A stretch of DNA of 64,000 nucleotides from an uncultured virus (IMG/VR IMGVR_UViG_3300043411_002804) (taxonomy: Duplodnaviria; Heunggongvirae; Uroviricota; Caudoviricetes): the IMG/VR virus record IMGVR_UViG_3300043411_002804. One strand, given 5' to 3'. Numbering within the stretch: position 1 is the first letter of the stretch; every line of letters begins with the position of its first letter. The notes below the pieces were generated by a model. The model saw nothing but the letters and a program-made list of their open reading frames with translations, was not told the DNA's origin and ran no database searches. Below, piece by piece: positions 18,715-27,837 of the stretch. The position numbers were made by a program, and so were the translations under genes.

Positions 18715-19110
18715 TTATTCCACACTATGCTTCATAATTTCTTCCAAATACGGATCGTAAAAATAAAACGTTTTAACATCAACATTTCGTATTACCTCAT
18801 ACTTAAAATCTTTTGTAAAATCAAACTCGACATAAATTTGTTTTCCGTCTCGTAAAACTAATTCCTCATTTATTGAGCATGGCAAAGTTTCTAAATTAAA
18901 TTCCGCAAAATAAACCTTGTTATGTTTATCAAAAAAAATCCAAACCATTGAATTTTTGAAATGTCTGTAAGGATAGACATATCCTTCAAATCTAGAGCGC
19001 CTCTTAATGGTTCTTTTAAAATAAAAAGCGTAATTTAAAAAATTAAATAAAATATTTAAAAACATAAAGCCGTCCCTTAACTTAACACTACTAATAGTAA
19101 TTGATTTCAA
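18715..19110 (-). CDS. hypothetical protein
   Basis: Packed ORF; start uncertain. Confidence 0.55.
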   Translation of the reverse strand: MKSITISSVKLRDGFMFLNILFNFLNYAFYFKRTIKRRSRFEGYVYPYRHFKNSMVWIFFDKHNKVYFAEFNLETLPCSINEELVLRDGKQIYVEFDFTKDFKYEVIRNVDVKTFYFYDPYLEEIMKHSVE

Positions 19111-19151
19111 TATAAATGACTACTATAAAACAAAGAATGGGAGCTAGCCTT

Positions 19152-20177
19152 ATGAATAAAATTAAAGTTCTTTTTATTATTAAAAAAAGATTAAGTTATG
19201 GAAGCTATGGAATTAGCTTTGGCTTAATTAATTCAGCAAAGTTTGTTGCAAAAACCCTCGAACAAGTTCCTGGCATTGAAGCAAAAGTTGTTGAAGTTCA
19301 AGACAACAACGCAATTGATAAAGAAGTTTCGCAATACAAACCTACACATGTCATCATTGAGGCTCTTTGGGTCGTACCAGAAAAAATCGAAGTTCTTCTT
19401 AAGCTACATCCTAAAGTAACTTGGTTCATCAGACTTCATAGTAAACCAGAATTCATTGCCAATGAAGGCATTGCTTTTCAATGGATTGGTAAATACTTAG
19501 ATATAAAATCTGATAAACTTTTTATTTCAACTAACAACAAAGAGTTTTGTGATTCTTTAGGAAAAATTTATAAAAATGTTGTACCCTTTTCTCCTAACAT
19601 TTACCCTGACGTTTTTAGAGGGGTTAATAATCAAAAGCAAAATGATCGAGAATTAAATATTGGTTGTTTCGGAGCCTTAAGACCTTTGAAAAACCATGTT
19701 TCACAAGCTTTGGCTGCCATTGCTGTGGCACAGAATTTTAACAAAAAACTTAAATTTCATATTAATAATGATCGAATTGAGCAAAGAGGAGACGAAGTTC
19801 TTAAAAACTTAAGAGCTATATTCGAAGCTATACCCAATGCGGAATTGGTTGAGCATCCTTGGAGAGAACATAAAGACTTTATTGAACTTGTATCGCAAAT
19901 GGATCTTGGCATGCAAGTTAGTTTAACGGAAACATTTAACATTGTTGCTGCAGATTTTATCTCTGTTGGTATCCCAGTACTTGTATGTAAAGACATTGAG
20001 TTTGCACCAAATGTCTATATCGCTGATCCAACCTCCTTGCCCTCTATCGAGAAAGGAATTACAAGACTAATGGCCTTGGATAACCCATTGTTAACTTATT
20101 GGGCAAAACTCAGTTTGGTTAAGTTCAATGAACACGCAACAAAGCAATGGATCAAAATACTAAAAGAGACTCTATAA
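19152..20177 (+). CDS. GT-B fold glycosyltransferase (GT4-like)
   Basis: IGCFGALRPLKNH and SLTETFNIVAAD..GIPV motifs. Confidence 0.75.
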   Translation: MNKIKVLFIIKKRLSYGSYGISFGLINSAKFVAKTLEQVPGIEAKVVEVQDNNAIDKEVSQYKPTHVIIEALWVVPEKIEVLLKLHPKVTWFIRLHSKPEFIANEGIAFQWIGKYLDIKSDKLFISTNNKEFCDSLGKIYKNVVPFSPNIYPDVFRGVNNQKQNDRELNIGCFGALRPLKNHVSQALAAIAVAQNFNKKLKFHINNDRIEQRGDEVLKNLRAIFEAIPNAELVEHPWREHKDFIELVSQMDLGMQVSLTETFNIVAADFISVGIPVLVCKDIEFAPNVYIADPTSLPSIEKGITRLMALDNPLLTYWAKLSLVKFNEHATKQWIKILKETL

Positions 20178-20354
20178 GAATCCCTGTTAGTATTATATAT
20201 GTTCAACGCACGCACGCGTACGTGCATGATTGAAAATAAACAAGTTAAATAAATTATTTTTTAAATCATTATTTTAATTTAAAATAATGATTTTTTTTTG
20301 ATGACAATTTAATTATGGCGTATAGTTATTGGCGAAATCAACAATTTACCTTTT

Positions 20355-20720
20355 TTATTCGTATTCATTTCTTAATAACCATTCCGTCTCTGTTTCCTCA
20401 TAAGAGATATCACTCAAGTTTGATTCAAACCACCATCTGAATTCACAAGGAATCTTTGTTAATAGATTATCAAATTTTGATATCATAAAAAAAATAATAT
20501 TTTTTCGCAATAGAATTTGGTTTTGCAAATCTCTAATCTCTTTATAGAGAAGTATGTTTTTATCCAAACCAAAAGCATCATCGATAAATGATTGTGGAGC
20601 TACCAAAAATAGAAAAGGCTGATTAATTTCAGCGGAAAATTCTAACATGAATCCACAATCGCATTGTGTATCAATGATGTTGAATGTTCCGTCTAAAAAT
20701 AAAACCAGCCCGTAATTCAT
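20355..20720 (-). CDS. hypothetical protein
   Basis: ORF with GAGG RBS. Confidence 0.65.
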   Translation of the reverse strand: MNYGLVLFLDGTFNIIDTQCDCGFMLEFSAEINQPFLFLVAPQSFIDDAFGLDKNILLYKEIRDLQNQILLRKNIIFFMISKFDNLLTKIPCEFRWWFESNLSDISYEETETEWLLRNEYE

Positions 20721-20753
20721 ATTAACCTCTCATAAATTGAGAGCAGCGAAAAA

Positions 20754-20960
20754 TCACTTAACTTTTAAACTATCTAATTTTGAAAATGGATTAAAACCAC
20801 AATCTAATCTTTGTTTAGTTTTTTTCAAACCCTCTTCATAAGCGCCGCTATCCGTTTTTAAAACGGTAATCTTTTTACCACTCGACAAAAAATCATTAAT
20901 AGCCATCTCATCATCTTTTGGAGTTCTATTTCGTCTAATCCATGGACTTAGTTTTTGCAT
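20754..20960 (-). CDS. hypothetical small protein (AINDFLSSGKKIT motif)
   Basis: AGGAGG RBS; downstream of the promoter motif. Confidence 0.65.
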   Translation of the reverse strand: MQKLSPWIRRNRTPKDDEMAINDFLSSGKKITVLKTDSGAYEEGLKKTKQRLDCGFNPFSKLDSLKVK

Positions 20961-21002
20961 TACGGCCTCCTATTGAAAAAATATTTATGATCCTGTCGCC
21001 AT

Positions 21003-21030
21003 AATATATATGTTTTTTTATTTTTAGCAA
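21003..21030 (-). promoter_or_regulatory. conserved phage promoter motif
   Basis: TTGCTA-N16-TATATT. Confidence 0.6.
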
Positions 21031-21207
21031 ACAAAGTCATGACAAATATTATAAAATTATTTAATTCTTTTTGATTAAAATAAGTGTAATGTTATAATTT
21101 TCTCCGCAATTTGTCGCGTATGCTATTTTTTAGAATAATGTAGTGAGGCAATTATTATTGAAGATCTAATCAAACTTGAAAACTTCTTAAGGAAAAGAGA
21201 TAAAACC

Positions 21208-21672
21208 ATGTCTGGTGGTGTTGAATTCCTAATTAGAAAGGTTTCGGGAATCCATTGGAATGCTCCTGAACATGCTCCCTCAAAATATGAGGTTCAGAAT
21301 TCCAAAGATATTAATGGTAATTGGGATTTTGAGAATCAGTTTGATTATGAAGATCTTCAAACAGAGATTATATCTGAAGAGGATATGTATGCCCAACATA
21401 AACCTTCACTAGAAGTGGTGAATTCTATCAGAGAGTTTCTTGGTAGGTTTGATCAACATTTATTAAAAATAGATTGGAAACTTCCTGATGAAGTTATCTA
21501 TATAAATAGAGAGGGCTCAATGGTTTGGGCGGTAATATCTGCACCAAATGATTCTACAGATCTTCCCAAAAAGATACACTGGTCTTTTTGGGAAGTCGAA
21601 CCTGGAGATGTTGGATATGATTTTGGTATCAGCATTACAGATTCTGACACCACAAGAATTTATGGTGAATAA
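21208..21672 (+). CDS. hypothetical protein
   Basis: 154-aa plus-strand ORF. Confidence 0.7.
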   Translation: MSGGVEFLIRKVSGIHWNAPEHAPSKYEVQNSKDINGNWDFENQFDYEDLQTEIISEEDMYAQHKPSLEVVNSIREFLGRFDQHLLKIDWKLPDEVIYINREGSMVWAVISAPNDSTDLPKKIHWSFWEVEPGDVGYDFGISITDSDTTRIYGE

Positions 21673-21673
21673 G

Positions 21674-22198
21674 TCATTCTCTAGAAAACAAAGAATATTG
21701 TCTAGAAAATTCATAAGCCATAATGTTTCCAGCTTGCGATGTATTTAACGAATATCCGGGACCTGGCATTGGAATGAATAGCTTTGAACTATTCATCAGT
21801 ATTTCTACTGGAATACCGGTCATCTCATGACCCAGCACAATCGCATTGTTCTTTTTAAAGTCAAATCTAAAATCATATAAACTTCCTGATTCATCATCTA
21901 ACTCTGCTGAAATTAAGTTTATGTTATTTTCTCTAGAGAATTTCAAAAATTCCGAAGGATTTTTGAAGATTTTGATATTAACAAAATCATATAAACTTCC
22001 TGATTTTGGATTTAGAACATTTCTTGGTGGCATTCCTCCAATAACATATATATTCTCAACACCAAAACATGCCCCTGCTCGAATTAAAAATGCAAGATTA
22101 TCGTCATAAAGAAAATTTACTGTAACTATAGACAAAGGAAGTTTAACAGAATTAACAAGCTTGTTGTTGTAACGTTCCAAACGTGTTTCACTTCGCAT
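21674..22198 (-). CDS. SpoU/TrmH-family RNA 2'-O-methyltransferase
   Basis: NLAFLIRAGACFG, IVLGHEMTGIP, IPMPG..SLN SPOUT motifs. Confidence 0.85.
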   Translation of the reverse strand: MRSETRLERYNNKLVNSVKLPLSIVTVNFLYDDNLAFLIRAGACFGVENIYVIGGMPPRNVLNPKSGSLYDFVNIKIFKNPSEFLKFSRENNINLISAELDDESGSLYDFRFDFKKNNAIVLGHEMTGIPVEILMNSSKLFIPMPGPGYSLNTSQAGNIMAYEFSRQYSLFSRE

Positions 22199-22206
22199 GA
22201 GTGCTC

Positions 22207-22506
22207 CTACTTTATGTCTTCCTCAATTACATCAAGCAACTCTTCTTGAATCTCTTCGACATCTTTTCTTACGTTCTTAAGAACGTTTGTGTTATGGTTT
22301 ATCGTCATTTGGATAAATATAGATAGATATATCGCTTCCAACGACAGCCATGTTGTCAGTAACAACAAAACTTTTTCGGGATTAAATCCCAAAGGAATCA
22401 TTATTAAGAATAATAAAAATATAAAAGTATGAGCTATTAATGATGTTGGTGTACCCACCCAACCTGTAAATTTCATCGCTGCTTTTTCTAGATTCATATC
22501 GTCCAA
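22207..22506 (-). CDS. DUF1003-like membrane protein
   Basis: Two TM helices; LLLTTWLSLEAIYLSIFI motif. Confidence 0.65.
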   Translation of the reverse strand: MDDMNLEKAAMKFTGWVGTPTSLIAHTFIFLLFLIMIPLGFNPEKVLLLLTTWLSLEAIYLSIFIQMTINHNTNVLKNVRKDVEEIQEELLDVIEEDIK

Positions 22507-22512
22507 CCTTTT

Positions 22513-22833
22513 TTATTGAAATCTTAATCCAATAACCCCAGTTAGAATTAAAGATATAAATAGAACTTTATAAAAGGTTAAAGTTTCACCAAGAAAATGA
22601 TTTAAAATCGTGATTGATACCGTTCCAATTCCAACCCATATAATGTATGCAGCATCAACTTTTATGTTTTTTAAAGAAATTGAAAAAAATGAAAAGCTTA
22701 TAATAAGTAAGACGAAAGCTAAAATTGTTGGAACAACTTTCGACCCACCTTCGCTTTTGGAAAAGGCAAATACCCAAGCAGGTTCCATTAGTCCAGCCAA
22801 TATAATGAAAAACCAACTATAAATCATTTGCAT
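22513..22833 (-). CDS. small multidrug resistance (SMR/SugE-like) transporter
   Basis: Four TM segments; W..LAGLME..W and AY.IW.GIG motifs. Confidence 0.8.
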   Translation of the reverse strand: MQMIYSWFFIILAGLMEPAWVFAFSKSEGGSKVVPTILAFVLLIISFSFFSISLKNIKVDAAYIIWVGIGTVSITILNHFLGETLTFYKVLFISLILTGVIGLRFQ

Positions 22834-22846
22834 ATTCCTTTTGTCC

Positions 22847-22886
22847 AAAAAAAATCCTTGTTGTCAATTCACTGACAACAAGGATT
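22847..22886 (-). terminator. intrinsic terminator
   Basis: 14-bp stem AATCCTTGTTGTCA/TGACAACAAGGATT followed by a T-run, after the 22909 gene. Confidence 0.75.
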
Positions 22887-22908
22887 GTTATATATCCTAT
22901 CTTAACAA

Positions 22909-23586
22909 TTACTCTTCAGAGGAAGGCATTGACGTATCAGGCGTCTCTCCAGCCTCAATCTGTGCGTTGAAGCTATCCCAAGCCTGGGTCTCGTACTCTG
23001 GCAAACGATTCGCAATTGAATCTAGAGCTTCTACAACTTCCTGGAATTCATCCTTGGGCACTAGCACTGGCTTGGCCCCCTTACCTGAGGTGCATCGGAT
23101 GGATACAACATCACGAGCAGAAGACTTATCCTCTTCAGTCTTCATCTTACCATCCGAGCCAAGTACCTGAGTACGACCCCGAACCATTCGGAATGAATCT
23201 TTCGCTACCTTCCAGGTAGGAATGTACTCCGACCGGTCAGAAGTAACTCGCTCAGCGAAATCACTTGCTACGATCTCCTGAAGTGCATCAACATACTGAC
23301 GGAACTCGGAAGCAGGCACACACTGACGGCCGGTGCCCTTTCCTTCATTCAGGGCAAACTCGATAACACATTCGCGAGAAACGTTTGGAACGTGAACCCA
23401 ACCAGGAGCTGGCTTTCCCGTCTTCTCATTAACCCGAGATTCATCCCACACTTCTGCTCCGCGATCAAAATCGCGGATACCAATCCCAAAGTTATCCTTT
23501 AGGATGTCCATTGCTGAACGCGATGAAGCGGTGCGACCAAATGGGTTGTACTTCTGATTTGCAGTCTTTGACTCATTCTTGCTCAT
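22909..23586 (-). CDS. hypothetical protein, monocistronic, probably highly expressed
   Basis: Own promoter, AGGAG RBS and terminator; higher GC than its neighbours; internally duplicated G(K/T)G..VP..EF motif. Confidence 0.8.
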   Translation of the reverse strand: MSKNESKTANQKYNPFGRTASSRSAMDILKDNFGIGIRDFDRGAEVWDESRVNEKTGKPAPGWVHVPNVSRECVIEFALNEGKGTGRQCVPASEFRQYVDALQEIVASDFAERVTSDRSEYIPTWKVAKDSFRMVRGRTQVLGSDGKMKTEEDKSSARDVVSIRCTSGKGAKPVLVPKDEFQEVVEALDSIANRLPEYETQAWDSFNAQIEAGETPDTSMPSSEE

Positions 23587-23694
23587 TGTTTTCTCCTAAA
23601 ATATCGTATCCAAAGGATCGAACTTCTTTTTTAACAGCGCCCCAGGATACGATGTTGTCTATGGGGCGCTGGCGGGCGAGATTGCCTACACCTA

Positions 23695-23722
23695 AGTATA
23701 ACCCAATATCTTTTTTTAGCAA
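23695..23722 (-). promoter_or_regulatory. conserved phage promoter motif
   Basis: TTGCTA-N16-TATACT. Confidence 0.7.
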
Positions 23723-23776
23723 ACCCTGAATCAAAATTTTATATCAAAGACCCCAGGGGTGTGTTAAAATTTGCTC

Positions 23777-23834
23777 CCCCGGTTGTTAACATTTTACATC
23801 CAAATCCCCGGTTGTTAACATTTTACATCCAAAT
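23777..23834. repeat. perfect 2 x 29-bp tandem repeat
   Basis: CCCCGGTTGTTAACATTTTACATCCAAAT at 23777-23805 and 23806-23834. Confidence 0.9.
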
Positions 23835-23841
23835 CAAGATC

Positions 23842-23866
23842 AAAAAAAACCCGAACTAAGTTCGGG
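23842..23866 (-). terminator. intrinsic terminator
   Basis: CCCGAAC-TTA-GTTCGGG followed by T8. Confidence 0.7.
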
Positions 23867-23869
23867 CGA

Positions 23870-24118
23870 TTATTTAAAGTTAACAATTTCATCAATCAGT
23901 GCTTTCTTTTTATTTTCTTCATCCAATGACATCTTGGACGTCAACTGAATCATTTTTAGTACTTCATAAAGTTCATGATCTTTACTTATCATTTTTAGTA
24001 ATTGACTCGAATAAACATTCGAGTCCCACAAGTTATTGGAATCTATAGAATCTAATAACTTGTGAAAAAGTGCGTTAACATCATCAACAATCAAATTATT
24101 TAACATAAATGACTCCAT
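23870..24118 (-). CDS. hypothetical protein
   Basis: Packed ORF. Confidence 0.6.
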   Translation of the reverse strand: MESFMLNNLIVDDVNALFHKLLDSIDSNNLWDSNVYSSQLLKMISKDHELYEVLKMIQLTSKMSLDEENKKKALIDEIVNFK

Positions 24119-24155
24119 ACGGATTAAAGGTTTTTATTTCAAAAATCAAGTTAAT

Positions 24156-24491
24156 TTAAAGGAGTAAATTTTTTGCATCTTCAATGTCTTCAGCACTCCA
24201 ATTGCTTTCTTTGATTTTTGAAATAGCATGTGTCGCAAGACTATAATAGTCTTCGGCGCATTGACAATTAAATTTCAAGCAAGAAGTTTTAATATTTGCC
24301 AGCAAACCCACTAATGCATCATCACTTAACTGAAGTGAGGGAATTGATTCAAGCAAAGATGATATATAATCAAAATCATTTTGATAAAAGGCTTGGTCAA
24401 ATTCCTTGGTTAATTCAATTCCAAATCGAATTGGTTGATCCTGAAATTTTATTTTCAGGATAGATAAAGTATCCTCTATTTTTGGTTTCAT
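24156..24491 (-). CDS. hypothetical protein
   Basis: ATGA-coupled ORF. Confidence 0.65.
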   Translation of the reverse strand: MKPKIEDTLSILKIKFQDQPIRFGIELTKEFDQAFYQNDFDYISSLLESIPSLQLSDDALVGLLANIKTSCLKFNCQCAEDYYSLATHAISKIKESNWSAEDIEDAKNLLL

Positions 24492-24799
24492 TCCATGAAA
24501 CCTTCTGGGACATTAAAGTCCTCCATCATACATGGAAGTGTCTTTTGATTCTGATCAAGCCAGATCAGATAGTTTTCTTTATCCTGGCTCCATCGAGAGC
24601 GAGAACGTAGATAAACAATGTCCTGCGCTGCTTCAGCAGAAATATTTAATTCAGATGCAATTTGCATTTCGTACTTGATCATTTCGTTCTGCCATAGATT
24701 CATCATTTCGTTCAGGACTTCACCTTCCTCAGAAGTGATATTTCCATTGAATGAGATCGTGGTGGTTTGACCGTCAGTTTCAATATTGATATCAGACAT
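24488..24799 (-). CDS. hypothetical protein
   Basis: AAGGAG RBS. Confidence 0.7.
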   Translation of the reverse strand: MSDINIETDGQTTTISFNGNITSEEGEVLNEMMNLWQNEMIKYEMQIASELNISAEAAQDIVYLRSRSRWSQDKENYLIWLDQNQKTLPCMMEDFNVPEGFME

Positions 24800-24823
24800 G
24801 TCGTCTCCTTTTTATTGAATGAG

Positions 24824-24895
24824 TAGGCCCAAGGTGAATTGAACACCTATCTTCTCGTTAGAAGCGAGACATTTTATCCGTTAAACTATGGGCCC
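24824..24895 (-). tRNA. tRNA-Arg(TCT)
   Basis: Cloverleaf; anticodon arm TCTCG-CTTCTAA-CGAGA; T-loop TTCAATT. Confidence 0.85.
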
Positions 24896-24905
24896 ATATG
24901 TTATT

Positions 24906-25253
24906 TTAACCGTTAAAGAACCAGAGACCATGATGTCCTGTAGTAAAGATTGGATCTGTAAAAAGCCTAGGATTCTTTAATACAAAACCATATTGGCCAG
25001 TAAACCACTTCGATCCGGAGTTGTTCACACAATCCACAATGTCTACTGAACCAATAATTGCCCCTGAAATTAAATTAGAAATATCAAAATTTACAAACTT
25101 ATTAAATTTATTCAGATCACGAAGAGAATTTTTTCTTGAACTATGAATAAGTAGTGTTCCTCTAAAATCCGTAAACCAATTTCGATTTTCAATGTCTTTT
25201 CCACAAAAGAAAATAGCATGAGCCCAAATTGGTTTTACACTTAAAGTTAGCAT
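24906..25253 (-). CDS. ASCH domain protein
   Basis: LSVKPIWA..GKDIENRNW..RG.LLIH..GAIIG. Confidence 0.8.
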   Translation of the reverse strand: MLTLSVKPIWAHAIFFCGKDIENRNWFTDFRGTLLIHSSRKNSLRDLNKFNKFVNFDISNLISGAIIGSVDIVDCVNNSGSKWFTGQYGFVLKNPRLFTDPIFTTGHHGLWFFNG

Positions 25254-25368
25254 GACTACTCTTGAGGTTAAAAGCAGGAGTGGTTTGGTTTGAACAAACA
25301 ATACTTGTTTATAGATAACTCATGTTTCGTTATGGTCGACCATAATATATCTTTGCGCGTATTTAAAT

Positions 25369-25439
25369 TAATTTTGATTGGATTCGAACCAATGTCTACT
25401 TAGTCACCTAAGCATCTCTGGCCACTGAGATACAAAATA
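25369..25439 (-). ncRNA. tRNA-like RNA with the anticodon loop replaced by a GNRA tetraloop
   Basis: Acceptor stem, D arm (TCTC/GAGA) and T arm (ATTGG-TTCGAAT-CCAAT) intact; anticodon arm GCTTAG-GTGA-CTAAGT. Confidence 0.65.
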
Positions 25440-25499
25440 TTCAAACAAGAATGAATTAGAATAAAAAGCGTGATACTTTCACTACACTCCTAAAGAGAA

Positions 25500-25580
25500 T
25501 GCTCAGGGCGGGAATCGAACCCGCATGCCTTACGGCGGAGGATTTTAAGTCCTCTGTGTCTACCGTTCCACCACCTGAGC
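25500..25580 (-). tRNA. tRNA-Leu(TAA)
   Basis: Cloverleaf with long variable arm; GAGGA-CTTAAAA-TCCTC. Confidence 0.9.
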
Positions 25581-25587
25581 TAACCAA

Positions 25588-25758
25588 CTAATCATCTGAT
25601 TTTTTAATTTCGTCGTTAATTTCTGATTCTGTTTTTTGTTTAAGGCGGCGCCGCATCAAGCGGCGCGCTTTACATTTGTCTTTAGATGAACGCGGTCCGC
25701 AACACGGACATTTCCATCCTCCAACACCACTATCATCACACCTTTTAAAGTCATCCAT
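25588..25758 (-). CDS. small basic Cys-rich protein (56 aa, GGWKCPCCG), below the ORF-track cutoff
   Basis: Translated by hand; AGGA upstream; fills the gap between two tRNAs. Confidence 0.55.
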   Translation of the reverse strand: MDDFKRCDDSGVGGWKCPCCGPRSSKDKCKARRLMRRRLKQKTESEINDEIKKSDD

Positions 25759-25778
25759 AATATTATCCTAAATATGAA

Positions 25779-25851
25779 TGGGACGTAAAGGATTCGAACC
25801 TTTGGCCAAGAGATTAAGAGTCTCCTGCTCTACCAACTGAGCTAACGTCCC
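25779..25851 (-). tRNA. tRNA-Lys(CTT)
   Basis: Canonical cloverleaf; anticodon loop CTCTTAA. Confidence 0.9.
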
Positions 25852-25903
25852 GTTATCCTTTTATTCTATTTTGAATTAGATTATTAGTGGTTATTTTAAA
25901 AAG

Positions 25904-25976
25904 TAGGCCCACTGAGAGTTGAACTCAGACGAAAGGTTTATAAGACCCTCATGCAGAACCGCTACATCATAGGCCC
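25904..25976 (-). tRNA. tRNA-Ile(TAT)
   Basis: Cloverleaf; AGGGT-CTTATAA-ACCTT. Confidence 0.8.
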
Positions 25977-25985
25977 ATAGGTTAT

Positions 25986-26303
25986 TTATACTGTCATTGC
26001 TGAAAAAATTTCATAATAAGTGTTAAGTTCTTCATCTGTCATTGAAACATCTGGAATTGGAGGTCGCTCATTCAATGAAACTCGGTGAACTGGACCATCC
26101 CAATTGAACTGGAATGTAATTTCTCCAATCAACCTATTTAAACGCGCGCTCCTCTTAAAAACATCAATTGGACTTTGATTTTTTGCTTTTAGAAGATTTG
26201 CATTACCTTCCAGCATATTAATCAGGCTCATTACCTCCGATGGATTCAACCTATCGTAATGCACGTTGATTGTTCCATCGTCATTTACAAGGAAGTTTTT
26301 CAA
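25986..26303 (-). CDS. hypothetical protein
   Basis: TTG start with GAGG RBS, after the promoter motif. Confidence 0.65.
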   Translation of the reverse strand: MKNFLVNDDGTINVHYDRLNPSEVMSLINMLEGNANLLKAKNQSPIDVFKRSARLNRLIGEITFQFNWDGPVHRVSLNERPPIPDVSMTDEELNTYYEIFSAMTV

Positions 26304-26326
26304 TTTTTCCCTCTCGGCTACACCTA

Positions 26327-26354
26327 ATCATATCTCAATATCTTTTTTTAGCAA
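26327..26354 (-). promoter_or_regulatory. conserved phage promoter motif
   Basis: TTGCTA-N16-TATGAT. Confidence 0.7.
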
Positions 26355-26393
26355 ATCCTGAATTAATATTTTATATTTGGGAAACGTTCCCCT

Positions 26394-26660
26394 CTATAGT
26401 TTGGTATATCGATGATATATTGTTTCTCCGTAAGGACCGTCTTCTTTACTTGCTACACAATTTGGATGCGTACAAGAGTAGTACCGAACCCCTGCGTCTC
26501 TTCCGTGTCTACCCTCGCCCACCCATTTCCATGTATGGTCGCAAGCAGCAGTAACTTTATCTTCAAATGCACGTTTACGATGCAATTGTATATCGGCAAT
26601 CCTTATCATTAGATCGGATAATTCCTTGTCCGATAGCGTATCCAGGATATAAGTACTCAT
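26394..26660 (-). CDS. hypothetical protein (Cys/His-containing)
   Basis: Packed ORF. Confidence 0.6.
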   Translation of the reverse strand: MSTYILDTLSDKELSDLMIRIADIQLHRKRAFEDKVTAACDHTWKWVGEGRHGRDAGVRYYSCTHPNCVASKEDGPYGETIYHRYTKL

Positions 26661-26662
26661 AT

Positions 26663-26881
26663 TTAGGCCTTATTCTTGAGGTAATTAGATAATTTTTCAA
26701 ATCCCTCTTGCTCTACATCTTCAGAAAAACCTCTAAAGGTTACTTTGGCGGGAAAAACTTTTGAAATAGTTCCATCAGATTCTTGGATAACTACTATTGC
26801 CCATCCAAACAAATGAAGACTCCGATTTACCCACCATAATAATTTCAAATCTAAAAACTCTTTCCAGGTCGCCTCTTTCAT
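26663..26881 (-). CDS. hypothetical protein
   Basis: GGAG RBS. Confidence 0.65.
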   Translation of the reverse strand: MKEATWKEFLDLKLLWWVNRSLHLFGWAIVVIQESDGTISKVFPAKVTFRGFSEDVEQEGFEKLSNYLKNKA

Positions 26882-26929
26882 TTAACATCTCCCTCTTTGT
26901 AACTTATCAAAATTTTATACTTGTTGGCG

Positions 26930-27442
26930 TTATGATTTACTTACCCATTCAGGTTTAATTCCAGGAACAGTCCATTTTGCTCTATTAGGCTTCCATAATT
27001 CTGAATATTTTTTATTTAAATGTTTTTGATAAGCTTCAGTCACAGGCAAAATTTTGAATTCATCAAAAACTGCTCTTGGAAATTCATTTATAGAATAGAT
27101 GTTTGTTATTGCTGGCATTAGTCCCTCTTTAATTAGTGAAAGGGACGCATTTTTAATAATGGATAATGACTTATGAGTCTTGTGAAATCTATTGGAATAT
27201 TCATCAGCCAATGCCAATCCATGCTGCGAAACCCAACTTAAATAGTTTGGATCATTTTTCATAGCAAGAACACAAGGATGACTCTTATGAGTTGATTTAT
27301 AAATACCATTAAAATAGATATTTTTTTCGGCACAAACAGTTGATAACAATTGTGCCGATTCTAAAACCATTTTTACCACATGAATGTCAGCAAGATATTT
27401 AGCTGACTTCACTGGATCTTTATCGCACACAAAAACGTTCAT
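26930..27442 (-). CDS. pyrimidine-dimer DNA glycosylase-like (DenV superfamily) phage protein
   Basis: MNVF..D.DP..SA..L.D.HVVKM.LESAQLLST, YK.TH..HPC, EY..RF.KTH motifs. Confidence 0.65.
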   Translation of the reverse strand: MNVFVCDKDPVKSAKYLADIHVVKMVLESAQLLSTVCAEKNIYFNGIYKSTHKSHPCVLAMKNDPNYLSWVSQHGLALADEYSNRFHKTHKSLSIIKNASLSLIKEGLMPAITNIYSINEFPRAVFDEFKILPVTEAYQKHLNKKYSELWKPNRAKWTVPGIKPEWVSKS

Positions 27443-27837
27443 TTTCCACCCCCCTTAAAGTTTTCAAAATAAGAAAATACTGTGTCATAATAACTGTCGC
27501 TTGGCTTATCACCCTTATCTTTTGTTAACCAATCAAACCAAGATGATAGTCGTTTAGAAACCTTAATCACTTTAATCTTTCCAGATTCAGTCTCTTCCAT
27601 TAACATTCGATGACTTTTTTCCACAAAACATTTATCACAAATTACAGCATGAACCATGGGGCTCATGTCCCAAATCTGGCTTCCCCAATTACCACGAGTT
27701 GTAAAAGAAACACCTTGATGAGGTGGACTATTTATAGTTCTAGCAATAGCATCATCGTAAAGCTCTATCTTTTTATCGCAAACAAGGCAATGGTAGTGCA
27801 AATTTTTTGGAATCAAAGTTAACTTTGGGTTTTTCAA
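27439..27837 (-). CDS. hypothetical zinc-binding protein
   Basis: CLVC and CDKC pairs. Confidence 0.65.
   Translation of the reverse strand: MKNPKLTLIPKNLHYHCLVCDKKIELYDDAIARTINSPPHQGVSFTTRGNWGSQIWDMSPMVHAVICDKCFVEKSHRMLMEETESGKIKVIKVSKRLSSWFDWLTKDKGDKPSDSYYDTVFSYFENFKGGGK

Noticed and set aside
23777..23834. 29-bp repeat as a CRISPR remnant
   Set aside because: Two abutting copies with no spacer; unrelated to the 37-bp repeat.
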